The notes below the pieces were generated by a model that did no database searches, was not told the origin of the DNA, and saw only the letters and a list, made by a program, of their open reading frames with translations. DNA of 64,000 nucleotides from Paraspadella gotoi (Eukaryota; Animalia; Chaetognatha): positions 24,356,994 to 24,420,993 of the forward strand of contig CM119263.1 in assembly GCA_051294375.1 (NCBI GenBank), read 5' to 3'. Below, one piece after another: positions 12,896 to 27,419 of this stretch (its first letter is position 1; each line of letters starts with the position of its first letter). Made by a program: the position numbers and the translations under genes.

Positions 12896-15517
12896 ACGAG
12901 GCGTCGTCAATTAGGAGGCGTGACCCTGAATTTTTCTCCTTTTCGACGACGACATCAAAAAATTTCAAATTCAGTGAAATATTTTTTTCTCTATTTTTTT
13001 TTTCGACGGGAGAATCCTTTTGAGGTAACGACCTGGAATTAACGGGGAAAATATTATTTTTTTTATCTCCATCAAATTATTTTATCCCCTTTTAAATTTT
13101 AAAATATTGCTCACCGATTTAGTACTTTCATCTGACTGGGATTTTGCAAAGGATTTCAAATAAGTGCTTGAATAACGAAAAATAATTAAAAATATATATT
13201 CGCTTCCTACATTAGCCTCAGAAAACGTATTTATTTAGGAAATATTCATGCCAGGCAGAGTTAATTTTTTTTTTTTTAGGGTTTGCAAAATACACATTCT
13301 GTGACTAACGTCCGATATCAAAATAACGGAATAACGATAAAACGGTCAATGGCTCCGAACAAAGTCGATCTTTCATATTTTGAAATGGCGCCTCGTCAGT
13401 TTCCCCGATCGGATATTAATCAACCTTTTTTTGGCAAGAGTATTTATAGCATCCTTCGTTTCTTTTTCTTTGTTTTTTTTTTCTCGTCTGGTTCTTATTC
13501 TCTTTCATGCTTCGTTATTTATTTATTTTTCTATCTTTACTCTTCCCGTAAGTTTCTTTTCGACGCTTTCCTCTCCTTTTTCCGTAAATAAAATTCTACA
13601 AAGAAGAAGTGTAATAAATGAAATCAAATATATTTTAACATTTTCGATAAAAAATTCGTAGACCTGTATTTTCGCGACGCGCCTGGAAACGCCTCCGCAA
13701 GAAATGGACAATAAACGAGACTGGTGCGCGTGACTGAAATATATTAGTAATAAAAAAAATAAACCAAAAAAAAAAAAAACCAAAAATCAAAAAAAAAAAA
13801 ACCCAAAAACGATCCCAAATTTTGTTGCAAATCTGTGTTGTCACGATCGCGATAAATTGCGAAAAAAAAACCCCGCGTTCGTCAAACCGGTTCGCGCGAC
13901 GAGCGCCTTATCCCGGGGTCGCCGTTTTTTTTCCGAACGCGAATAATGAGTATTCTATATGCGGTTGCGCATATATGGAATATCAATTATTTAAGTGGAA
14001 AAAGAAGAGATGCCGAAGTGCGTCGGGCGATTAAGGGTAGGATCCTTTATCCGCGATGGTACGACCGGTTCAATTATTTCGCAATAGAGCTATCCGGGTA
14101 ATTTTCTTTTCAGATTTTCCATATATAAATATATACTAACTAGGTAACGCTACGCTCGTTACGCCACAAAGCTCTTAGTTCTCTCCGCGAGATGGCGTCG
14201 CGTTGTCCTCGCTCGTCGAGCGTTTTATGTACACAGCGTCACGTGACTCCATTGAGCTTCACGAAACCGTTTCACGTCGCCCATTATCTCCTTCGTTTCA
14301 CCGTCGAATCGTTTACCCTTTCCACGCCCCCGTCAGCCGCCCCCCCCCCCGCCCTTGACTCTCTCAGCCTGCCTTCGCCCTCTTGCCAGGTTCCCACATT
14401 AAATCTATAGTAATGCTAAGGTGGATAGCATAAAATTTCATACAGTCTCAGTAACCACTGGGTAGTACCCAACCTAATCGCCGGTCCTAACCATTTTGAA
14501 TATTTAAAACCTCTTCCCACAATCGTCTCACTCCAGCCCTTCTTGGACCTCCCAGCCCCACTTACCCTCATTGTTTTCTCGTTTCTCTCTCTCGCCCGCC
14601 AACTTATCTCATCCCCTTTAAAGCCTTCCTGACCCCGGCCACGCCTCTCTCCCTTTTCAAGCTCCGCCTCTTTTTTTCAATTCCTTCTTTCTAATCGGCG
14701 CCATCTTTCTCTCCGAAGCTCGCGACTCTTTCCCAATTTTCGCCATTAGGCGTAACGTATCCTAGGATTTTTTTTTTTTTTGGAGGCGGTGTGGGGGAAA
14801 AGAAAATGAAAAGGGAAAGAGGAAAAGGAAAAAGGGTGAAGAGAGTAGGAAGAAAGAAGGGAAAGGAAAATAGAAAAAAAAAAGGAAAGTAGAAGAGAGA
14901 GAGAACACGAAGAGAAAGAAAAGGGGTAAGTGTAAATGACTGATGGAAAGGTAACATCTTTTTTATTCTGTGCTTATAGGAGAACGAAAAACTGATTAAT
15001 TTTATAATTTAAATATTGTTTCTGTTTATGTACATGATAAACTTTAATCAGATCAGACATTTTTTTAACATCAATTTATTAATTAATTACTAATTTCTCA
15101 TTAATTTTAGTGTTCTTTATTCTACAATCAGTTAAGTTTTTTATATTGTATTTTAAGTATTTTTTTCTAGTTGCAAGCAGCCTTTAAGGTTGGTTTCTAA
15201 CAAATCGTAATAAAAAAAACTTTGCGGAAAAAAAATTGATTGAGGAAATTTTTGAATGGTAAGTTAAGCCATTGAAAAGTCGATATAATTATAAAAAAAA
15301 TGCCTTAAAAGTTGAAAATTACAATCAACGAATGATTTTCTCATGAAAGAAAGGTGATTAATAATTGACGTTGGCGAAAGGATGATGGATAAAAGCTGGC
15401 ACTCTCTCGCCGTTGAGCCTTTATGAATTAAGAATGGCGCCTTCACTTAAGGCAAAAACCCCGATTCGAGCCATGGAGAGTAAAATGGAAGTCTGATGAA
15501 TTTGGCAACTCACCCCC

Positions 15518-15632
<115 letters not shown>

Positions 15633-17594
15633 CTCGCGAGATCATCGAAGAAGGTTCAAAATAAGATTCGACTAAAAAAGCCGGGATTCCTCAAACTTAC
15701 TCTTCCTTACCTCAAGATATCAAACTTTCCTTATCATAAAACTTCTCTAAACCGAAACCTCTCCATAGCTTCTCTTCTTCCATATCAACAAATAAACACC
15801 GCCCCCCTACTTAGTATCGCAGCCTTATCGACCCCATTATCCTCATAATAAACCCCTTTGCCCCACACAACCCCTTTGCCCCACACAGCCCCCAGTTTCT
15901 TCCGACGCCGAGCTAACTTACTCCCTCCAATCTCGCGCCAAGGAGGGTCGTTTCCGGGATTGATTCCGGCATGAAAGCGAGAACGACGGCCGGAAGTTGA
16001 CTAAGACGAACGACGGCAGCGACGCCGCCGCTGCCGCCGCCGCTGGACCTGCGGACGCGGTCGATGGAGCGAGGGGTTTTTATGTGAAGCGTAAGTGAGG
16101 TCAACAGCCTTTGAGTTTGAAAACTTTTTGCTTTATATATGATGAACAATAGAGCTGTCTTAAAAATTGCCATTTTTCGTCTCTTCTTGTTTCCCACGGC
16201 GCACTTTCTCTCTCTCTCTCTTTTTCCCTCTCTCTCTCTCTCTCGCATTAATTCCGAACCCCCAGAGTCTCACTGTATAAAAAGAACCCCACAGAGATTC
16301 GGGTTGCGAGAGGAGACATTTAAAAGGTCAGTCAGTCATCGTCTCTTCTTAGAAACTAAAAGCGGCGCATCTGCCGGGGATTCAAAGTGTTGTTTCCATG
16401 GAGAGCGACAACAGTGCGTCGCTCGATTCTCCAATCTCGGCGGAGAGCTTATTCTAATTTCGCTCGTAACAAACACTGTGAAATGGGACTATAGAAAAAA
16501 ATATGTTATATTTTACGTTCTTTGTTTTCCGCTAAAATAACTGAGCCTAGGACGGCCCTGACCGCAACCGACTGACCGTGACACCGGGGGCGGCGCCCAG
16601 GTAATCGCCTCTGCGCGCCGCTAGCGCCGGGAGCGCCGCGATCGCCTTACCTCGTCTCGGCAACGAGGGAACCCCAAGGACGCCAACTAATTTCCGGAGA
16701 AAGGGAAAGGGAGGAAGAGGGGAGGAAGAGGGGGAGAGGAAAGGAGGCGCGAAAGAAGAAAGGAAGCAACGATGAGGAAAGTGAAGGAAACAGATTGAGC
16801 GACCAGGGAAAGAAAGAATGAATGGAAAAGAATGAGCATTGCAGATTTGAGCCTGGAGACTGGAGAGTAAATCAACGAAATGAGTTTTCGAAGAATTCAC
16901 TGACGCAAAAATAATATTCTACAGTTACTACTTAAGCTTGTCACTGGAAAATCACTCGCGCACCCCTCTCGATACCGTAAACTTTCAACATCCTACATTT
17001 CCTTTTCGTAAAACCACTTTGCCAGGATGCCATGTTAAACTACGTCCTCAAACTGACGTACAATATCACAACGGCACCACTACGCCACCGTCACATTCCT
17101 CCGCGTCAAACCAATTTACCAAGAAGCGAAAGAGAATTTATGTTAGGAGTTGAGTTCTCGACCGTTGATGTAGAAAGTTTTTCTCTAGAGAAAAAGTTTC
17201 TTCTTTTTTGTTGGGGGGGAGGCTTATTTTTGTGAGTAAGAGGAGAAGACGTGCGATGTTTTGGCGACATTCGTTTTGACTTTTTTTTTTAAGACGGTTG
17301 AGAGGGGGGGGGGGAAGGAAGAGCAGTGGTTTTTCAGTTGACTAACACTTCGCCTTCGAGTATTTATTGCTCGCCTCATGGGGAGAAGTCGCCTCGCAGG
17401 GTGATACTTTTTTTTTGCTGGCGCCCGGAAGGGGAGAGGGAAGAGAAATTCAAGGAGGACAACGAGGAGGAGGAAGAAGGGAAGGAGGAAGAAGAAGAAG
17501 AGGAGGAGGAGGAGGAGGAGGAGAAAGAGGCCTAGGCGCTAATGAGGACTGAGACGACAGAGATTTTGAATATGGACGCAGTTTCTTCTCTCCG

Positions 17595-17643
<49 letters not shown>

Positions 17644-18038
17644 CGAAATTTCCAAGTAAAAAATTTCAGATACTCACGTTTGCATATTCAATACTGATTA
17701 GTCAAACGACAGGAAGAACCGATATTTTGACCTCTGCCCTTTGACCTGAGACAGTCGAGGGGAATGAGTCTCTTTTGCACAGCGCTGTGCTGTGCGAAGC
17801 TACGCAGGGGTGTTAAAAAACTTAGCTTAACTTACTCTAAAGGTGCGGGGGGCGGCGCGGGGGGGGACAACGATTGCTGTATTACCATTTACCATGGGAC
17901 GGCATGTGTTCAAAGGCAAATTCTGAAAGAAAATTTCTTAGTTGGGACCAAAACCGTGTCCGCCCTTGCAAGGAAACGCCTCCCTTTCTTAAGTCGCGAA
18001 TGTGGGACCGAGAAGAGAGAGAGAAGATGAAGGAGAGG

Positions 18039-18090
<52 letters not shown>

Positions 18091-19087
18091 AGAGAGAAAG
18101 AGAGAAGAGAGAGAGCGAAACATTCCAAACAATTCCAACCTGAAACGGAAAAAACTGAAGTGGAACAGCCTTGATGATAGGCGGCCCTGCCAACACGTGA
18201 GCAGGATTGTGGATGAGAAACGAGACCGTGTCGGTGGTTGGGGGGGGAGTGGGGTAGGGGCTAGAATGAGAGAGAGATGGGGTAGGAAACGCGGGAAGAA
18301 AGAGAGAAAGGGATGAAAAGAGAGGATGAGCCATGAAGGGATGAAGTTGGAAAGAGGATAAGAGACGAAGGAAAAAACCAGGAATGAAAGTATCGAGAGA
18401 AGGCAGTGGGAAAAGATCAGCTTGGGACGGAGACAGTGTGGATTAGCGAGGAATAACAGAAGGGAAGAAAAGCAAAAGAAAAGGGGAAAAAAGAAAAAGA
18501 CAAAGCGGCATTTTTTTTTCAGCGAAGGAAAAAGAGAGAATTATAACTCAAGAATCGGAAACTAATGAAAAAAGAAAAAGACAGAAATTCGAAAGGAAAA
18601 TCGGAAGGAGGAGGAGGAGGAGGAGGAGGAGGAGGAGGAGATAGAGAAGCTGGGGAAACAACGCGGGGGGTCGGAGCCGGCGAGGGATAAGGAGGGGGGC
18701 AAAGGAGGGAGCAAGGCGGGTGGGGGGGGGGCGTGAAACACGAGGTGTGTGGCACGTGGGGCCTCGTGGGCGTGGCTGATTCGATTTTGGCCGCAAGGTC
18801 GACGAAGATTTTTTATGGCTAAATTTATCGTAGGAGACGATCAATTTTCAGAATTTTACGGGATGACTTTGTTGTTGTTGTTGTCTTTGTCGCTGTTGTT
18901 GTTGTTGTTTTTGATCAAGACGGCGGGGAAAATGAGAGAGAGAGAAAGAGAGAAGAGGATAACAACGACGACTCCCTCTATCTTTTCTCGTTTGTCCTAG
19001 TCGTTTCCCGCAGACGTCCGGGATCGCCTCTTCGTAAATAAGGAGAATATAGTCAGTCATCTCTAGACCACCTTAATTTTTTTTTGG

Positions 19088-19170
19088 TTTTGTGGTCTGT
19101 CTGTTTTTTTGTGGTCTGTCTGTCTTTTTGTGGTCTGTCTGTCTTTTTGTGGTCTGTCTGTCTTTTTGTG
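19088..19170 (+). repeat. 19-bp minisatellite, about 4 copies
   Basis: (TTTTTGTGGTCTGTCTGTC)n read directly. Confidence 0.9.
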
Positions 19171-19953
19171 ACATTTGATTCCGAAGAAGAAAAAATTTTC
19201 TTTTCCTTGACTCATCTTCCCCACGGGAATTTTTTTCCCCTCGCAATGGATCGGATTGAATTTTAGAAGGAGGTTGTTGTGACAGCGTCAGAGATGACAG
19301 GTAAGGCAAGAACGATGACAAGGTGATGACAAAGACGATGATGAAAAAGTGATAATGTCGACGAAGGCCAAGGAAAAAGCGACGATCACATTGACGACGA
19401 AGAAAATAGTGATGACAATGATGACGGCTAAAGAAATACTCCTCAATGACAAAGATGAAGGCGAAGGAAAATCCGATGACGACGACAACGGAAATAACGA
19501 TGATCAAGACGAGAACGAAGAAAATAGCGATGACGACGACGACGACTCCCGAGGGACGATTGGTGACGCAGATGTCGGTCAAACTGGGGGCCGCTATGCG
19601 TCGCGTGGCGCAAGAGAGGACAAAGATGACTCAAACGACATCAAATGTTTCGCGTTAAAAAGAAAAGAATATCGACTTTCAAAAATCTTCGTCGGAGAAA
19701 AAAACAAAACGAAAAAAAAAGAGGAGAAAATTATTTCGTTTTTCGAGGAAATGAAAATAAAAAGAAAGAAAAAACAACCGAAAGGACGGCGACGAAGACG
19801 ACGACGACGAAGACAACGACGAAGACCAAGAATTTATCGCAGCATCGACGAACTCGACAATAATGGCGTCGACGACGACAGCGACAGGGAAGAATTTAGG
19901 AGAATCGAAGATGATGATGACGATTACGACGACGATGATGATGATGATGATGC

Positions 19954-19995
<42 letters not shown>

Positions 19996-21002
19996 AAGGA
20001 AGGATTTAGTAGTGGCGTCGACTTCGGGACTGATTTGGTGGCGTCGACCTAACGACAGATTTATTTTCCGCGAATCGGATGGCGACGGATATTGGGGTGG
20101 TCAATGGTGGAGAATATTGGTGATAGAGATGGCGAGGAAGATGGCAAAGGTTAGGAGAGGATGGCGTCGCCAATGAGGCATAAGAAGGGGAAAAAAAGTG
20201 GCAATATTGTGTTGGAATGAGACGACGATGCCAACTGAGCGTGAGGCGTCGACGATGCAGGTGGCGTCTCACATCTAATTGACGACGATTCGGTCTTCGC
20301 CTTGACAAGAATCTGATTTTGATTTTGTTAATTGTTGTCTTTTTTTAATGCATTTGTATTTGTTAGTCATTCGTAGTTTTCATGTCGTTGTAATTGAAAA
20401 CTGAAAAGCAATATTGTTTAGGTGTCTAGGTATCCAGATGTCCAAGTCTCATCGATAGAAAACGTATCCCTTTATGGTCTTCTACATCCGGGTATTAAAT
20501 CAAAAATCTCCATGGAAATTCATGCCCGCGAATTCCCTTCGCTCGCATTTTCTGTTCCATCGACGGCGTCACCTTTTTCCCTTCGCTGAGATGGAATCCG
20601 GTCCGGCCTCATGAATTCCGGACGTCGCGACGCCGGACAACGAAATCGGCGGAGATCGAGAGAAAGAAATCGATGGGCGGCCATTTTGTTTGGCGATCGA
20701 AGAAAATCGTCGGAGAAAATAGAATCGTAAATCAGAGAATTTTCGCGTCTATGCGACTATGAGTCTCTGCCACTATGGGTCCCATAATAAGAAAAATGGA
20801 AGCAAAGAAATTACCTTCCTGAGGTTTTTTTAGGGGGGGGTTTACTTTGTACGTAGTGACTCCATAGACTTAACACCGAACACTTAACATTTAACTCATG
20901 AAATCGTTACTAAAAATACTTAAAATTTGGTCCGCTATAAAAAAAATCCGCTGAATAAGGATTGCTAGACACAGTTGCTTTGTTATTTGAGAGGTACGAG
21001 AG

Positions 21003-21109
<107 letters not shown>

Positions 21110-21500
21110 AAGAGAGAGAGAGAGATAGCGCGCTGAATGGAAATTAAAAAAAACCTGGAGAACCGGAAGTTGTGACGCAGTGAGAAGTCTATTCGCGCGG
21201 AAAAAAAAAGAGAGAGAGAGAGTGGGAGAGAGAGAGAGAGAGACTCTGAGAGAGACAGAGAGGTCCTTGAGTTTGAAGCTTCGTACTACTCTCCACTGAA
21301 AGTCTTTCAAACCTAAGTGAGATAAGATGAACTTAAAAATTTGTTGTTGGCCCCGGGCAACAACAACGACGACAAAAATATCCAAATATTTTCTGCGTAG
21401 GAATTATAACAATAATACTTTTTTTTTAAAAACAAACGGTTTTTTTTTTTTTCAATTCGATTTGTTATCATCGACCGATTCGATGCGGATGAGGACAAAC

Positions 21501-21534
<34 letters not shown>

Positions 21535-21839
21535 TTTGAGTTTTTTGTCTCTCTGTTTTTTTTTTAAATTTTCTGCGAATTATTTTTCTTTTTAATTTTG
21601 TTTTTTCCCCTTGCTCTTTTTTTTTGTGATTTTCAGGATTTCTTAAAGTTTCATCTTCTTTTTCCGTTGATTTTTTTTTTCACGCTTTCACAGAATCTCC
21701 ATTTTCACACCGCCTTCTCTCATCTTCTCTCATCCTAACTGCTAATTTCCGAAATCCAGAGTCAATGAGCATTTCTATTTACTCGAATATTGAAAATCCT
21801 GAAAGCTCTTCTCATTCTCTCTCTCTCTCTCTCTCTCTC

Positions 21840-21923
<84 letters not shown>

Positions 21924-24900
21924 TCAGTTCCTTCCGTCTAACTGCGAAACCTTTCCTAAAACGACCAAGAAAACAAACATGACACGAAAAAAAGAAGAAA
22001 AAAGAAAATTCCCTTCTTTCTTTTTTCGTTTTCTACGAAGTAACGGAAGGACCCCATTCTCTTGACCTCAAAGGTCACGAGAGGTCACTCTCTCTTCGGC
22101 TTCCAAGGTTATCGCTCTCGCGTCCTTCGTTGCGTCGTCGTCTCACTCTCGCTCTCGCTCTTACTCTTGCTTCTGGAACAGACTTTGCCGGAACTAATGA
22201 CGAGGACATCAAAGAATAGAAAATGATGTCCATCGTTTAACTTTAAGTCCCATTCCTCAAATTGTTTAGAATTTTAAGTCGCCGCTTTGTACAGCGACAC
22301 GCGTTTCTTTAACCACAACAAGAGCCAATCTCTTTGTTTACTGGGAAGATGGGTATCTCGCTAAAGGTAGGTTCTAACTAGTCTCTCATCAGGGAAAAGA
22401 GGTAAGAAGGGTAAGGAATATATTGGTGATAGGTAAATGGCTACAACAAAGGGAACAAGGGTACATAAAAGGGAGAGAAGGGAGAGGGAAGGTTTGCAGA
22501 CCCCGAGACCGAGAGGACAAGTTGAGAGAGTGAGTCCGATCTCCAAGACTCTATCCCTGACTCCGGGGATGAAGAGGAGGGGACGACGAGGGGAGGAGGA
22601 GGCGTTGAGAGGGGGGAGAGAAGAACCGGGGGGGAGAAAGGCCCTGGTGATAGGGTGAGCCTCTATCTTGGTTTACAAAGGGTTTACATCGATCGATATC
22701 AAAAACGTCTGGAAAATAAAACGGCAACTCCTGTAATTGATGCGTTTTGAATAACATGTTAAATTTTTCGCGCCATTACTTTACAAATTTTTAGAAAATT
22801 TGAGAAAAAATAAAGATGAAAAATAATGACTCCCGAGTCCCGACTATTGACCTCGCAGTTTCTCTGACTGCAATTCCCCTGATTAATGAAAATGAAGGAT
22901 AGAGAAGCAGAATGTTCCACGCATCTCCGACAGAACTGTTTAATTTCTGACAGCGGCAATAGTGGTAGGAATGATAGCATTCCCAAAGGGCGCGGTCGCA
23001 AAAGTATGCGACGCATTCTCTGGACACTCGGAAAAGGTCGTAGTTGTCAAAGGTATTTTTTTTAAAAAGATTGTGTTGTCATGATAGTTTTTACGTGTGT
23101 ACCAATTTTCAAACTATTTTTCAAATTCATTCCCTAAAGAGCTGGACCTCCCTGAATTCCTACTTCAAAACTTTTTAAAACTTTATTTCAATTACCGAAA
23201 ATGTTCAGTCAAAAACAAACTTTGAAAGACCGACTGACCGAGAGAGATTTAGAAGATTCGCTTGTTGTGACTTTTATAAGAAATAAAACTAAAGCTCAAT
23301 CCATCATTCGGTGACAAGAGAAAGAGAGAGAAATGAATCCATTCGTCAGAACAAAAATAAAAAATAAATAATACCAACAAAAATAAAAAGAATAAAATAT
23401 TCGAAAGCTGAGCCCAACTCAATGTTTGCCTCTTTTTTTCGTATAAACAAACAAGAAAGAAAGAAATATCTTCGCCTCGTCTTTTCTTTGGGGATTTTGC
23501 CCACTTGTCTCGGACTTTTTGTTAACAACGTAACGTTATTCACACTGAACAGTCTTATTTTAGTTCCTTCATAGAGTAGAAGATGAACTCATATTTTTAT
23601 CGAAAAATACAAACCAAGTAAAATTGTTTTAAAATTTCATAAACACAAAGTTAAAAAATCTAAATTTCCTTTGGCCTCGAGGCGCGGCGCTGACGATGAA
23701 AGGGGCAAAAACAAAAGGTCGAAAAACAAAAGACTCACGCCGTTCGTGTTTTGAATAATTTATCGGTGACGCTTGAGGCCCTTCATATCCCCTAAAAATA
23801 CTAAGTTTCCAAAAAGGAAAATGCCGCTTTTTTAAAAATCTTCTATTGTGTTTTTTTTTTTGGTGTCGCAAGACATTGCAAGTCATTGTATAACTTTTCT
23901 CGGATTAGTCGTGTAAATTTTTCTCGAATTCCAATTTCATAACTTTAATTTTTTTTTTTTTTTTTTTAAAAGATATCGTTTTTTTAGAAATCCGGTTATA
24001 ACAAACCCTTTTCAAACAAATTAACGTTTTAAATAATTGATTAAAAAACATAAAATAATAATAATAAAAAAAGATCTGCATCAGCGTTTTTTTCCTTTCA
24101 TTTGTTCGGAAAAAAAATGGCGGGGACAAGATCCGCCATTCGGGAAACAAAAGCGAAAAAAAAAAAATCGAAATCGCGAATGAGAAAAAAAATGAGAAAG
24201 AATCAGCGGAAAAAATAATCGATGCTTTGGATTCGAAGAACAATTGGCTCGTGAAAAATGAAGGATAAGAAAGATATGAGGGTTGGAGAAATAGTGTGTA
24301 GTGGGAAATAAAGATAAAGGATTAAAGGTTGAAGATTAGGTGAGAGGTTAGGGTTAAGAATTAGGCAAGGGATCTAATTAGGGAATGAGGTTAGTGATTT
24401 GGGTTGGAGTTAGGAATTCGTCACTTCAAAGAATACGTTTAGGATTTGATAAAAGATTAGGGTTAGACATTTAGGTTTAAATTATGTTCAGAAACATGGT
24501 GCTTGTATAGTGTAGAGTATACGTACTGTATGTGTAGGGATGTATAGGAATATGAAGGGATGAAACCGCTGCATTGCATGCTAATAGAAAACGGCTTAAT
24601 CGTTGGTTTTTAGAGGAAAGCTGATGGCTTTATCAGTTGAGAAGCAGAAAAGAAAAAAGTGGAAGAGAGTAGAACCAAATTCCGAAACTCGATCCCAAAC
24701 CTTTTTTTATAATATTTTTATATTTTTGGATAGAGAATGACTGGAATAATATAAATCTTAAGTTACGTCTAAATTGGCCCATGGGGTTTAGAAAGAAATC
24801 GACAAAAAACAACCAAAATTCCTCTCCCTTTTTTTCAACATTCTCGCCTTTTAAGATTTTCGCCGATTCTGACTTCCTCTTACAAACTTATAATTCCGCC

Positions 24901-25252
24901 AGTAAATTTTTTTTTCCTTTAACGAGCGAAAGGAATCCACAACTTTCTAATCTTTATAATTTCTAGGTAAAAAAATATAATACATTACACTAATATTGGG
25001 ATATTGTGAAAGTGTAATGTCTTGTGAAGCCTGTGAAAGTTGAGTAATTAAAAAAATTGCCTATTTTATTAATAAAAACTGACATTAAAGTGAAGAAGTT
25101 GAACATCTTCTGGCTCATTTCAGTAAACGTCCCTGTTCTCTAAAATAAGATAATGTTTACTTTTTTGCTGGTGGAAAAGAAAGATAAATACTTAGACTGT
25201 GATGGGGTGAATAATATTTTGTAGAATTTTGTAAGCATGCTTGTAAAATCAG

Positions 25253-27419
25253 ACAAGCATTATTTAAGTGATAAACAATTTACATTTTCTTTATCCAAAA
25301 AACTTTTAAGTTTTACTAGAGTACAATTTAGCTTTTTTTCTTTGAGAATCATTAAAAATAATTTAATTTTTATTAATTCTATGGGTGTCATTAGTTTTAA
25401 AATTAATTATAATTTTGACTTAGTTTGAACACCCACCCTGTAAAGAGATTTCAGCAAAAATAATTCTAAAATTGTATCTTATATGTGCCCTATGATTATG
25501 GCTTCATTTTGGTACTATTGCCAACCATTTATCTTTGTTCCTTCAAAAGATATTAGGAAAAATAAGTTTTTTCTCTTAAAACCTTCCTTTTAATTTCTTT
25601 TTAAATAAAAATTTCGCGATGAAAACTGGACCAATTCAGTTTACCATGTTGGTTAAATATAAAAAATTAGTCAATAATAAAAAGAAAATAGAACGAGCTC
25701 TAGGGACACAAGGCTTTTGGAATCTCATAATTCGAAGTACCACTTATAATGCTAACATACCCTAATCCCGTTTGTAATTTTAAAAAAGTGAAATTTCCCT
25801 TTCATTTCTATAGTAAAAATAAGGTATGAAAATCCTCCGGAGACGAGTAGTACATTTCCCCTAGCTTGTTTGATAGTAAAAAGATACCTATTACCTTCTG
25901 GCCACTTAAGAAAGAAAGTTGAACGGAGCATACTCGAAATTACTCGCCAAAAACAACTCTATCAGCCAGTATTTATCAAAGTCAGAGAAAAAAAGATACG
26001 CTGTAGTACGATTTTCTAGCTGTTGATTATCACCCTGGTGAAAACCGCCAGGCTGCGTTTTGATTCGACGGTCGTTTAGCCGTTGTTTAGCTGACTGAGA
26101 ACGTGGTCCAGTTATGGACCACACGTACCTTGACGCAGGATAAAAGATTCGGCGCCGCTCGAAACTTTATCGCTTAAATCAAGTTCTCAGAAAGGAACGG
26201 TAGCAATCGCACTTTTCCGTTTTAGCCGAATCGATTCGACTAGACTTTCTTATCTTTTTTCTATCTGGCCGACTGTCCTAGCCGACTGCCAGAAAAAAAT
26301 TCTGACGTAAAAAATGCTGAACGTAACGCTTTTTAAGCCGCGCGAAAACCGCGCAGTGTGTGCTCTTTGCCTGCATCGAACCTCTTTACGTCTTTTGGTT
26401 TATTGATAGATACTAACAACAGTGTCGGATTATTTTTCTAGTTTATAGTATAAATTGGTCAAAAAAATTAACAACATATTTTTAGTTCCCTCTATTCATC
26501 CCCCACTCTCTTTATTGTTTATTCAAAATAAGTCAGGCATCGCCGTTTGGTATTTTTTAGGACGAATGGAATGTTTGGAATTAACTAATGGCCTAGATAA
26601 GTTTTACGCATAAATCTGTTCACTTTCGCTTTCATTAGTTTCTCACTTTTATTTTCGTCAAGTTTCGTACGTCATTTCATTTTGGTTTCTTTTTTATCAA
26701 TATTTCCAAAATGTTTTTAAATGAAGTGGGGTTTTCCCTCAANNNNNNNNNNNNNNNNNNNNNNNNNAAAAAAAAAAAGAGAGAGATTACAAGCAATTAT
26801 TTAAGTGATAAACAATTTACATTTTCTTTATCCAAAAAACTTTTAAGTTTTTACTAGAGTACAATTTAGCTTTTTTTCTTTGAGAATCATTAAAAATAAT
26901 TTAATTTTTATTAATCTCTATGGGGTGTCATTAGTTTTAAAATTAATTATAATTTTGACTTAGTTTGACACCCACCCTGTAAAGAGATTTCAGCAAAAAT
27001 AATTCTAAAATTGTATCTTATATGTGCCCTATGATTATGGCTTCATTTTGGTACTATTGCCAACCATTTATTCTTTGTTCCTTCAAAAGATATAGGAAAA
27101 ATAAGTTTTTCTCTTTAACCTTCCTTTTAATTTCTTTTTAAATAAAAATTTCGCCGATGAAAACTGGACCAATTCAGTTTACCATGTTGGTTAAATATGA
27201 AAAAATTAGTCAATAATAAAAAGAAAAATAGAACGAGCTCTAGGGACACAAGGCTTTTGGAATCTCATAATTCGAAGTACCACTTATAATGCTAACATAC
27301 CCTAATCCCGTTTGTAATTTTAAAAAGTGAAATTTCCTTTCATTTCTATAGTAAAAATAAGGTATGAAAATCCTCCGGAGACGAGTAGTACATTTCCCCT
27401 AGCTTGTTTGATAGTAAAA
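25253..27419 (+). repeat. ~630-bp near-identical direct duplication (25253-25881 and 26789-27419) spanning a 25-N gap
   Basis: The copies match from ACAAGCA(A)TTATTTAAGTGATAAAC to CTAGCTTGTTTGATAGTAAAA, differing mainly by 1-bp indels. The second copy starts about 20 bp after the gap. Confidence 0.9.

Noticed and set aside
15964-16095. Ala-rich exon-like stretch ending at GTAAGT
   Set aside because: In-frame stop just upstream, no good acceptor and no recognisable homology. It cannot be excluded without RNA data.
19088-19170. CRISPR-like periodicity
   Set aside because: Contiguous tandem units with no unique spacers, eukaryotic context and no cas genes.
25253-27419. LTR retrotransposon or TRIM interpretation of the 630-bp direct repeats
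   Set aside because: No TG..CA ends, PBS or TSD recognised. The second copy starts at a contig edge and the differences are mostly 1-bp indels.
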